From Amoebidium appalachense (Eukaryota; Protista; Ichthyosporea), in NCBI GenBank assembly GCA_963693365.1, contig CAVNZM010000005.1, forward strand, positions 5,215,167-5,279,166: DNA of 64,000 nt. Direction: 5' to 3'. Below the pieces are notes generated by a model. It made no database searches. It was not told where the DNA came from and worked only from the letters and a program-made list of their open reading frames with translations. Made by a program: the position numbers and the translations under genes. This document shows positions 38,301-64,000 of this stretch, piece by piece. How positions within the stretch are numbered: position 1 is the first letter of the stretch; the number at the start of each line of letters is the position of its first letter.

Positions 38301-38560
38301 CTCCGAGCAGAATTATTCTGCAAGGAGCAGAATCACATAGTACTACTGAGAATTGTTCTGCTAATAGAAAGGCTTTTCTGTTTTTAGCAGAACAATTCGG
38401 CAAAAAGAAGAAATGTTCAGCTGAACACAGAAATATCCTACTTAAAGAAAGTCTATTCTGCTGCGCGAACACTGAGCAGCGTAATTCTGTTTTGATTGAG
38501 AGATATACGGTTAAAAGGCAGTATAGTTCTGCTTCTGTTGCAGAATAATTCCGCTCAGAG
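38301..38560. repeat. Fold-back/MITE-like element built from GCAGAA...TTCTGC motifs
   Basis: 38301-38323 is an inverted match to 38538-38560 (2 mismatches). An inner perfect 15-bp IR GAATTGTTCTGCTAA/TTAGCAGAACAATTC spans ~38350-38398. Confidence 0.65.
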
Positions 38561-38596
38561 CAAAATTATTCTGCCGATGTGGTTGTCGCCCTTCAT

Positions 38597-38722
<126 letters not shown>

Positions 38723-38847
38723 CTCTCTGTGTGTGTGTGTGTGTGTGTGTGTAGTGGTGGTGGCTAGGCAAGGTCACCGGGTGGTGGTGGTGGTGGTTGT
38801 GGTTGTGGTTGTGATGGTCGTGGTGTGGTGGTGGTGGTGGTGGTGGT

Positions 38848-38908
<61 letters not shown>

Positions 38909-40005
38909 GGGGGAGGGGGGAGGGGGGAATACAAAATACCAAACGTCGGGAAACTCTAAAAGGTACTGCAATGTAAAGGGAGTCGTAGAAGGTCTTTTAA
39001 TTTGTTTACCCCTCTCTACTGAACAATTTCTGTGTTATCACCATGGCACTCAAGCGCACACCTGCCAGCACGTGCGTACGTGCGTGTGCGTGGGTGGGTA
39101 CGTGAGTGCATGAGTGCATGGTTGGGTGTGTGTGTGCGCGCGCACGTGTGCGTGTATGTGTGTGTAATCACGAGTGGCAGCCGCAGTGGTGGTGGCGGTG
39201 ATAGGTGTGAGAGGGGGGAGGGGGGAGGGGGGAGGGGGAGGGGGGGGGGGGGGGGGGGGGGGAGGGGGGGCCTTAGCCCGCCTCAGGAACTTTGATTAAG
39301 AATTCTCGGAGAGAGCATGGGTCAAAACTGTCGATGGCAAATAGTCTAGTCTAGGGCTGGCAAGCGAGGAAGGAATCGCTGCAGCATGCATAAATGGTTT
39401 GACCCAGGGACGGGGATCCTTAGAGGAATGCGCATGAAGAAAGCCTGAGGGAGGGGTGCAATGCATATGACATGCACTCCACGAAGGTAGTTGTGCCAAG
39501 GGGACTGAGGGGTGCACAGCTGGGGTGCACAAGGTTGAGGGAGGGGAGGATACCCTAGAGGGGGGAAATTGGGGTCTTTTGCGCAATTCTCGGATCCATC
39601 GGGTGAGGTCGTAAAGGGTGGGTGGGGGAATGAGGGGTGCCATGCAAAATTGCAATGGGATTGTATACACTCTGGGCAGCATGTGTATGTACTACAGTTA
39701 TTTTCCGCGATAGCGAGCTTGCCACTGGAGGAGGGGGGGGAGGGAGGGGCGGGGGAGGGCCCGGGGGGGGGGGGGGGGGGGTTCAACTTTGAAAATTTGA
39801 CTTGTCTAAAATCGAACTACCGTGCACGTGTAATAGTAGGGACGATGGCCAGGGCCAGGGGGGCGGAAGAGAGTACAGGGAAGAATGTGGACTCGGAACC
39901 TGGGCTGGGGAGGGGGGGGGGGGGGGGGGGGGGGGGGGTAAAATGTGTGTGGGGCTGAGAGGGGGGAGTGAGGGGGGAGGGAGAGAGAGAGGTGGGGGGA
40001 GGCGG

Positions 40006-40037
<32 letters not shown>

Positions 40038-40828
40038 GGGGGGGAAGAGGCTCAAGTTCTGCAGTGTTAGTATATTTAAGGTTAGCAAGACTACATAGTG
40101 ATAAAACCGTGAAAAAGTACTTGAAGCACCGTCCCCTAATTAAGCTATCCAACCTTTGTTAGGGGATTCATATGATACACCTTTCAGAAGTCCCCCTCCC
40201 TCCCCTCCTCTCTTCCTCCCGGGCCCTCCCTCCCCCCTCCCCCCCCCCCCCCCCTCCCCTGCCTCCTTTTCCCCTCCCCTTTTCCCTCCCCCTCCCCCTC
40301 CCCCTCCCCCCTCCCCTCCCCCCCACCCAGGTGATACGTATACATAAGGCCCGCCGCAGAGTGCAGAGTCACAGTGGTGTAAAATTTGTAGTAACTAATA
40401 TTAGGCTACATATTGCACAAACGTGGACTGTACAGACTGAGAACCGTCAGCTGTATGTCTTGCATATATATGGCTCCGAGGGCGGGCCGGGAGGGATCTA
40501 TACATATATTAGGCTGGACACCGACAAAATTCCAGATGGGAGCAGGAAATTCCGATCTATTTACAAATACATACAGCAGTCTGAATTGTTCATACAGGAA
40601 TGAATACTATACATGAATGCTGTTGGTTCTTGGTTTAACAAGAGGTTCCCATTGACTAACTAAAAGCACACATTCACATGTGTACACCATATATACGGAT
40701 AAAGATTAAAACTTTGGATAGGGAGTAGTAAATATTGGCGTCCCGCCTGGTGGCTCCCCCCCTCCCCCCTCCCCAAAGTAGCCACAGGGGTGGGCGGGTC
40801 CCCCTCCCCCCCCCCCCCCCCCCCCCCT

Positions 40829-40859
<31 letters not shown>

Positions 40860-41192
40860 GGGGCATGAGCGTGATGTGCAAACATCTCTTCGGATTCCAC
40901 CCACCAAAGACTGTTACTGTATGCGTTACGATCAAGTATTACTAAATTATTGCACGAGCTCACCTTGCAATGCTCGTGTGCGTTTCTGTTTGGCAGGAAT
41001 GTATGCGCGTGTGGTGTAGGTGAGTGTATCTGCATGTTCATGTCTTCTACGCGTCGCTGGTTTGTGCACCACGTGTGCGCCGGTTGACATGTGTGTGCAG
41101 GTATGTACATACGTGTGAAAGTGTGCGCGTGTGTGTGCGTGCCTTGAGGAGGCCGGGGACGAGCCTCCCATCCCTCACAGGCATGCGAAGGG

Positions 41193-41261
<69 letters not shown>

Positions 41262-41896
41262 CTCTCGAATATATGACCGGAGGGTTGTATGGCCTGAGTT
41301 TCAGGTGATTGACAAGGAGTACTAGTCCTACGGCAGTAACCTCTTCAATTTTTATGTTTTGGGAAAATTTTATGCAAACCACTGTGATATGGCATCGGTA
41401 TCGGATCTAAATAAGTTATTAAATTGCAATTGATATAACCCCCCCTCCCCCCCACCAATACTACTACCCCCCTCCCCGTTTCAAAATCGAGAATCCCATA
41501 TGTTACATACCAGGAATGCCAGGACTCATGCAGCTTTACCTCGATGGTACTATGGGTTGTAAAGAGACATATCAGGATTCCGGACGACATGGAAACGACG
41601 AAATCAATTTGACATTCATTTAAAAAATCTCCAGACGCAATATGTTTTGTAGTATTTTTTTTTTTAAAATGAAGTATGCTATTCATTCTAAAAAAAGATG
41701 AAATGTGAAAACAAAATGATGGCTGTGAAAATGGTGCTGGGCACAATGATGTCCACCAATCAACGAGGGCAAAATTCCATTGGCTCCAGAACTTTAGATG
41801 ACGTCAAATCTATGTCTCAACACCCCATAGATGAAGTGTGGCTTGGGCACGACTCTTGGGCACATGGCCACGATCCCCCCCCCCCCCCCCCCTCCC

Positions 41897-41949
<53 letters not shown>

Positions 41950-42111
41950 CCCCCTCCCCGTGTTTTCTTGTTTTTGTTTTTGGGCCACGTCTAGCTAGGT
42001 TTTTCCGCCTCCCCTTCCCCTCCCCTCCTCCCCTTTTTTTCTTTGAGTCACTATCTTTCTTTTTGTTTTTCCTTTTCGTTTTTGGGCCGGGGCTTCGGGG
42101 CGGGGGGAGAA

Positions 42112-42162
<51 letters not shown>

Positions 42163-42264
42163 GGGGGGGGGGCCGGGAGGGGGGGGAGTCTATTATTATT
42201 ATAATTAGGGGGAGGGGCGGGAAAAGAGGGGACTCTGAGGGGGAAATGGGAAGGGCTCCCGGGG

Positions 42265-42295
<31 letters not shown>

Positions 42296-44826
42296 AGGGG
42301 GGGGGAAGGGGGGAGGGGGAGGGGGAAGGGGGGAACCAGTGAACTCGTGTCTGAGGGCGGTTGGCCGACCCCGGGCCCCTCACGTCCTCCGCAGCCGGCC
42401 TTGAAGTTGTTGATTGAGCTGCCGCTTCACTGCGGCCAGCTGTATTTGTGCACACCTGCCAGTGTGGGGCATGCACCGTATTTAAAGTAATACTGTCACA
42501 TGTAGCTGTCATCAGCTGCTTGTGTGGACGGTGTGTATGGGCGCGTGCGCGTGTATGTATGTACCTTGGCATGCATGTGCGTTTGTGAGTGCGTGTGTGT
42601 GTGCCACCGTGGTGTGTGTGTGGAGGGGGCGGGCGGGGGAGCTGGGGAGGGGGGCCCGGGGGAGGGGGCGGGAAGAGGAGGGTCCCGGAGGGAGGGGGGG
42701 AGGAGGCCGGCCCGGCCAGGGAGGACTCAAGTTTTCCCGCCAAACACACCTTTTGAGCCAATAAAAACGATTGAAAACACCAATTTATGTAACCAAAAAC
42801 AGCTATTGTAAACCAAATATGGCTCTTCGAAAACATTAGCTATTGGTGTTCTTAAGCCAATAGGAACCGCCTAACTCAAACCGTGTTTTCCAAAGGGTAT
42901 CTACATTTAGCCTGCATAGCCAGTCAACCCATGTCGACGACTTGTAATACATCATGAATACATCAAGCGAAACTGTTTTGAAATAATAAATACAACATTT
43001 TTTTTTGTTAAATTATTGGTGTCAATACAGAAAAGTCGTGCATTTTCGTGGCTGGCGACCCGCTCGCCATCGGTGACCACTATGTTTTTTCACGATCGGG
43101 AATGTTACCGGTACTGGTCGACTCAGGCGATCAAAAAATGTCGACCGTCACGGTCACGAAGGATCATCCACCGGGGACTGGGGACCACAATAATTGCGCA
43201 CAACAAGGTGCGGTGCCTCAAAGAAATAACAAAATTATTATCCAGGCATTGTTTTTTACTAATGTAAATGGGTTGAAAATAAAACGGTCGTGAAAAATGG
43301 TCCTGGCATGGGGTGACTTCAGTGCTACGTGCGCGTGCGTAATGTTCGGGAAAGAGGATCGCATTGGTCTGAGCCACTAACCAATACAAATACCTGATAT
43401 TTAGAATAAATCTAATACATTAAACAGCTTAACCTGTTCAGTTCTGTCATTTCCAAGACATCGACATCTAGTTGATTGGCACCGACATTAGCTAGTTTGT
43501 GCTCTAATGTGAGCATGAAGTTGATAGGAACTAGTCAAATAAAAGGTGCACGAGATTAGAATATACATTTATCCTTCGTTTTATGAAAAAGAAGAACTGA
43601 AATTTATTTCAATAACGATACTCTGTATATGGTGTAACTACGAATGGTGCTTGCCGGCTTGACGAGTCAATGTCGACATCCAATTGATGTCGATGCAAAC
43701 TTCTGATTGGACCAATGCGACAACGGCAAAATATGATTGGTCGGTTCAGTCGATATTCGATGGCAGGTCCAAGATTTCCCCAAAATCTCGAAGGTGGCCC
43801 CAGAAGCAGATACAAAAGTATACGAAATAATGATATCTTTACCAAACCAACTTAGAAATATATGTAGATAAGACACATACCTGTCGATATATACAATTTA
43901 TTTGGGGTTTTTATAGTGATTCGCAATAGAGTTGTTTAGGTCCCAACCGGCAGGCAGTAGAATCAATTAGTCCGGTCCTCTAAAGGTTAATATCCATTTG
44001 AAACAAGTTTAAATGTAAACTTACAGTATGATTCGTGCTTAGGTGTCTTGGGTAGGTTAGGAAATTGCCGGTGTCAGTGTTCATGACCGCATGGCACATG
44101 TTGAAAAAAGGCCTGCGGTGGTCAGAAAGAGCACAGTTCACATCCGCAAGCGTTCGTGTCGTTTCGTTTCTTCCCTTTAGGTGGGTGTCTTATAATCCAC
44201 CGCGTCACCTGCCCGAGCTACAATTACAGAGCTCTTGTTTACTTATCTTTCCTTTCTGTCTTGGTGTCTGTGAAACTGAGGGTGACTGAGGGTTTGTAGG
44301 TGGACACAGTCCAGTTAGTTGACAGACTTCAGGCATGCAGGTGGATCATGTGCTATAGTGTTTTTTCCTGAACACAAAACACGTAGATTGTATCATGGTG
44401 TGCGTGTTGGGCACGTTAACTATATCGACACGCGTTTTGTTTGTCGTAGCACCCAGGGATGCTGCCCCAACACTCCACCAAACATCTCAAGACTCCCCCC
44501 TCCTCCCTCTTATCCCCTCCGCTTGGCCGCCGGTGCCCCTCTCCCCTCCCTCCCCCCCCCCCCCCCCGCACCCCTCCTCTCCCACTCTCACGTCATATAC
44601 CAAAGTATACTGCTTTCAGTTCCTTGTCTTTCTGTAGCCTACATCCCCTTACTATATGGCTTCCACACATCCCATCTGCTTCCGTGTGAACTGCCCCCCC
44701 TCCCCCCCTTTCCCACCCCCCCACCCCCCCACCCCCCCCACCCCCTCTGTTCTTCTTCCCCCGAGTCTTTTCAGGCACACACACACACGGCAGCAATACT
44801 AACCCTTGCCCTCTCCTTTCAGGTAG

Positions 44827-52208
<7,382 letters not shown>

Positions 52209-53185
52209 GGTTGAGATGGTGATAAAATTCTCAAAAAATGTCTGCTTTTGGTAATGGAATGTGGGGTGTGTGTCCTATCTAATAGCACCGTGTGTAAGTC
52301 ATGCATGTATTATGAATGGATCGACGTTTCATAGATAAGAAGAACCCCGCCTTCGTGTGTAATTCTGGAGTGATCGAGTAGATATATCATGCTAGACCTT
52401 AGGCGTGAACTCGACATTCTATGGCTATATCTTAAACGATTGATGATGATCTTTTCTGAGACGGGAGGTGATGAATCCTTTTTTTTTCTTTCGTTTTTTT
52501 GCTTATTTGCCCATTACACCCACCCCACCCACCACCGACAATGGGGATGTACATATATGGTAACTATGGGTGAGTCATGTGATCACTGCCCAATAAACAC
52601 TGGAGGCTGGCTCCTCTTCGGCAACTGCACCTTTTGGCTCCAAAATCTCAAAGCGCCTTTGAACACGGAATATCATGCCCGGCCGGAAACCTACTTGTGC
52701 AACTTAGAAGTGCTCCCATTCAATGTTTCCTTTCCTCTGGAGGGTGCTTTGACTCGGGGGGGCTTTTGCGCATACGTACTGGTGTGTGGGTGTGAGCAGG
52801 GAAAAAGGGGGGAACTATAAACTGTCAAAGTGCAACGTGTACGTATACATGTGCAACAGTATGTGTTTGTGTACGTGTGCACATCGTGGGTGGATGCGTG
52901 TATGCTCCAAGATTCTACATGCCGTAAGAGGGTAGTGTGATGCGGTGCACAGCATGTGTGCGTCCGTAATATAATTATTATCCGGGTGTGTGTGTCTGTG
53001 ACCAGTCTGAGTGTCCGCATCATGTACGTGCGCACTGTAAATTTATGGTGCAAGCGGCAGTGTGTCTTTGATTCCTTCTTTCTCTTTTTCCCGTCTGCTT
53101 ATTTATTTTTTTTGTGTTTGTGTGGGAGAGATGTTGAGGAGTAGGAGGATTGGGGGGGAATGGGGGCAGGGGGGGGGGGGGGGGG

Positions 53186-53239
<54 letters not shown>

Positions 53240-53438
53240 CTTTGCAGGTTAGCTAGGGAGGGAAAAAAAGATCTGTGTTTGGGGGTCATGAGGAGATGGG
53301 GGGGAGAGAGGGGGGGGGGAGGGGGAAGGGGGATAGGGGGTATAGGGGGGTGTGACAACTAGGGGGTATAAGGGGGTATGGGGGGGCCCCCGGGGGCGGG
53401 GGGGGGGGGGGGGGGGGGGGGAGCTTCTAGAAGGGGGG

Positions 53439-60863
<7,425 letters not shown>

Positions 60864-60978
60864 GGGGGGGGAGGGGGGGGGGGGGGAGGAGACGGGGGCG
60901 GGTTGAGTAGGGCGAGGGAGAACTTAGCAGGTTAGGGACAGAAGGTGAAAAGCAAAAGAGAGGGGGGGGGGGGGGGGG

Positions 60979-61017
<39 letters not shown>

Positions 61018-62372
61018 AGACAGAAAGGGGGATTGGGGGACATCTAAAAGAGAGGGGAGTACTAGTACGGGAGGGTGGGTGGGAGGAGAGGCCCCAAAGA
61101 GGGGGAACGATAGCTATACCGGCTAAGAGGACAGTAGGGAAAGATTTGTGAAAGGGAGGGCTATTACATAGTGCGATTGGAGGGGAGAGGGGGAGACTCT
61201 GGTGGGTGGGTGCCACCGGGTGGATGGGTGCACGGGTGGGTGGGTGGGTGGGTGGGTGGGTGAGTGGGTGGGGGGGGGGGGGGGGGGGGGGGGAGAGAGA
61301 GAGAGAGGGGGGGGGGGGGGATCCCTCCGGGAGGCCTAGGGCCGGGGAAGAGAGACCAATAAAGAGAAAGAGGAGATAGTTGGATGAAGGAAGAGAGGGG
61401 GACAGTCAGAGAGGGAGAGGGAGGGAAAGAGAGGGAAATAGGAGGAGGAATGGAAGAGGGGGGGGGGAGGGGGTGACAGAGAGAAAGAGGCAGCTCTGGG
61501 GTGGGGTGGGGTTGGGGGGGTTGAGGGGGTTGTGGGGGGGGGGGGGGGGGGGGGGGAGGGGGGGGGGGGGGGGGGGGGGATTGGGCATGATCATTATCTT
61601 CGGAGATCTCAATCACCTTTGTATGTCACGAGGGCTGGAAACGGCCCGAGTATGATATAGCAACTAAAGGCTTTTATTAGGCTGGGCGTCTCATGGTTAC
61701 TTACTGAAACTGGGGCTAGGGGCAAAATACGAAATAATATCATCATAGAGATTACAGGCTGAAATTAACACTTACAGTGGCACAAATATTGTGCTTACTA
61801 TGATATAAGATATAGTATAAATTAGGCATGCCATCATGCTAGTATTACTTTTACGGGCGAGAACCAGGGTTCCATAGTACACATGAGATTTGCATATACA
61901 AAAGCGCATACATGAACAGAAATCTAATCCGGATACCGGATTCTTATATAGTTCTTTTCTAAAATTAGGATAATCCATGATGCGGACAGTCTGTGAAATA
62001 ATTAATTGCCAAGTAGTGCACGACTCACGAGTCTAAACAAACTAAAGTTTTAAGGATAAAAATAGAATTAATAATAATAATAATTAGAAAAACGGTATGT
62101 TCAAGACTTTGCCAGTAGTAAGATGCCGGCTACGAAACACAACTCGAAAAACTTTTGAAACGGGAACGAAAGCGACAAAAAAAAAAAAAAGAAAAGAAAA
62201 AAAAGAAGATAAAAAATGGAGGGACAAAATGGAAAACTTTGCTAGCTAAAGGGGACCAACAACTTGAATTTAAAAGGACCAACAGAAAAGTTTATCGTTC
62301 CTTGATTAAACTAAATGCCACGTTTTTGAACGTATATAATCATGAAACGATTTTTGACATTTTCTGGCAATA

Positions 62373-62501
62373 TTAGGCAAACCGAGAGGGGCATTTGAGT
62401 TCATATTCATGGTAAGGCCCGGGGGATGCAAAAGCCTAGATACATGATGTATAGTTGTTATACCGTGGAGAAGGCGGAGAGGGGGGGCGGAGGGAGGGGA
62501 T

Positions 62502-62575
<74 letters not shown>

Positions 62576-63074
62576 AGAGAGAGGGGGGGGGGGGGAAGGG
62601 TTAAAAACCCCCAACATCTGTCCATTTGAAGCTCCTTCCGCCAAATTTCGATCCTCGCTGAAGGAGATTCAACTTTCGAAACACCCCCGCAGGCCGAGGC
62701 TGGGGTGGAATCTCCGTCTTGATCGTATTAGCCATATTTGGCACGGGGTTTGCAGTCGCAGGGAATGATTGGTCAATTTTCTCTGCCCCCTTGATGCGCG
62801 CCATGGGGTTGTATTTGATTTTCAACTCCTTTACCTGTGATAACAAACTCGACTTAGCACCGTAAGGTTTAGGCAGGCCGGGAAAAAAAAAAAGATCACC
62901 CAATGACCTCCTTTGCCTCCTCGGAGTCCCTCCCCCCCCCTCCCCCCTCCCCCCCCCCCCCCCCCCCCTGCACCCCCGTTCTTCCATTGTGGGATAAAGT
63001 GACACGAATCCGCACTGTGAATGATATTGGGGGTGCATGAGCATCATCAAGGCACTAAACGGCACACACACACA

Positions 63075-63129
<55 letters not shown>

Positions 63130-63369
63130 CTTTTACAGTCATCCCCACTGCAACACAAACCCCCTGATTGCCCAAGTCATGATAACTTTACATGCAGACG
63201 GAAGCCATGTTTGTGCCAGGTTAAAGTCCTTACGTACCATGGTGTTTTAGGGTGCTAAGATGGGTCTGAGATGCCGTGGGCCGGAGGGGGAAGGAGGAGG
63301 AGAGGGGGAGGGGGGAGAGAGAAGGGGAGGGCGGGTGAGTGGTTTTTTCTTTTTTTTTTTTTTTCTTCT

Positions 63370-63400
<31 letters not shown>

Positions 63401-63916
63401 GGGAGGGGGGATCGAGTGAAAGGGAGAGATAGAGAAAAAAAGAAATGAGGGCCTTCCATGTCCATGCCGGGAGGGGGAGAGGGGAGGGGAGGGGGAGGGG
63501 TGGCGCCAGGAGGGGGGAAGGGGGGGACGGGGGGGAGTGGGGGGGGTGGGGGAAGAGAGGGTAAGCCATTACCCTGTCGTTGTGGTAGGCAGTTATGGCC
63601 ACAAAGGTGCATAGAGTCAACTCAAAGACCATGGGGTGGGGGTTCAACGTTACAACCCCCCCAATTGACAATTCAGTCACTTCCACAATGGTGAGCACGG
63701 GTGTATAGCGGTGCAGAGTCGTGACGGGGATGGCGCTGTTCAGTGCTGGGCCATCGTCGACATTCGAGATTTTAAGTTGCGGAAATTTGAGATTGTCAGG
63801 GTCGAGGAGCTCTTTTCCGGTAAAAATGGGTGACGATTTGCCGTTTGAGTGGCAATATACGCGCGGGCCGGCCGCTTGGTCCCTGTTTTCCGAATCTGCC
63901 GTCGACGGGGAAGTGC
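62373..63916 (-). CDS. T-box transcription factor, 3' portion (divergent)
   Basis: Exon 63916-63573 encodes PRVYCH...SP..TG...F.QLKISN...LHRYTPVLTIVEV...FVAITAYHNDR. The next exon starts at 62834 with VKELKIKYNPMAR. It either stops at 62601 or splices at GAT|GTTGGG (~62616) to a last exon 62435-62373 (AFASPGPYHEYELKCPSRFA*). 5' exons lie beyond the window. Confidence 0.85.
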
Positions 63917-64000
63917 CTGGGGGAGAAAATTTTGAGTGACGGTCAGTGGGGGCTAACATAATGTGTAGCATCAGTGCGAAGACTGAGGCCCACACTGCAT

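Noticed and set aside
42700-44800. HSP10 head-to-head with HSP60, as in animals, and canonical heat-shock elements
   Set aside because: No Cpn10-like peptide (PLxDRV) and no clear nGAAnnTTCnnGAAn array were found.

Overview
Eukaryotic, intron-rich nuclear DNA whose introns are packed with poly(G)/poly(C), (CA)/(TG), (CT)/(AG) and poly(A)/(T) tracts; most of the ORF track is translated microsatellite. By splicing exons by hand I reconstruct seven genes: the 3' part of NEMF/Rqc2 (+), an LRRC20-like LRR gene (+, with one GC-AG intron), a stand-alone lysyl-hydroxylase-like 2OG-Fe(II) oxygenase (-), a SEPT6-group septin (+) with two alternative terminal exons, a secreted N-TIMP + pacifastin/VWC-like fusion (+), mitochondrial HSP60 (+) and the 3' part of a divergent T-box gene (-). 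This gene set suggests a holozoan, probably a unicellular one such as an ichthyosporean (inference only). Main non-coding signals: (i) introns bracketed by mutually complementary simple repeats, with many 3' splice sites sitting on (CA)n with no pyrimidine tract; (ii) a dispersed, 5'-truncated repeat family ending in poly(C); (iii) a ~7.4-kb TGT...ACA inverted-repeat element enclosing a ~10-unit tandem array; (iv) several very small TIR/TSD elements; (v) a triplicated exon-intron junction in HSP60. All similarities are from my recollection of family consensus sequences, not database searches.
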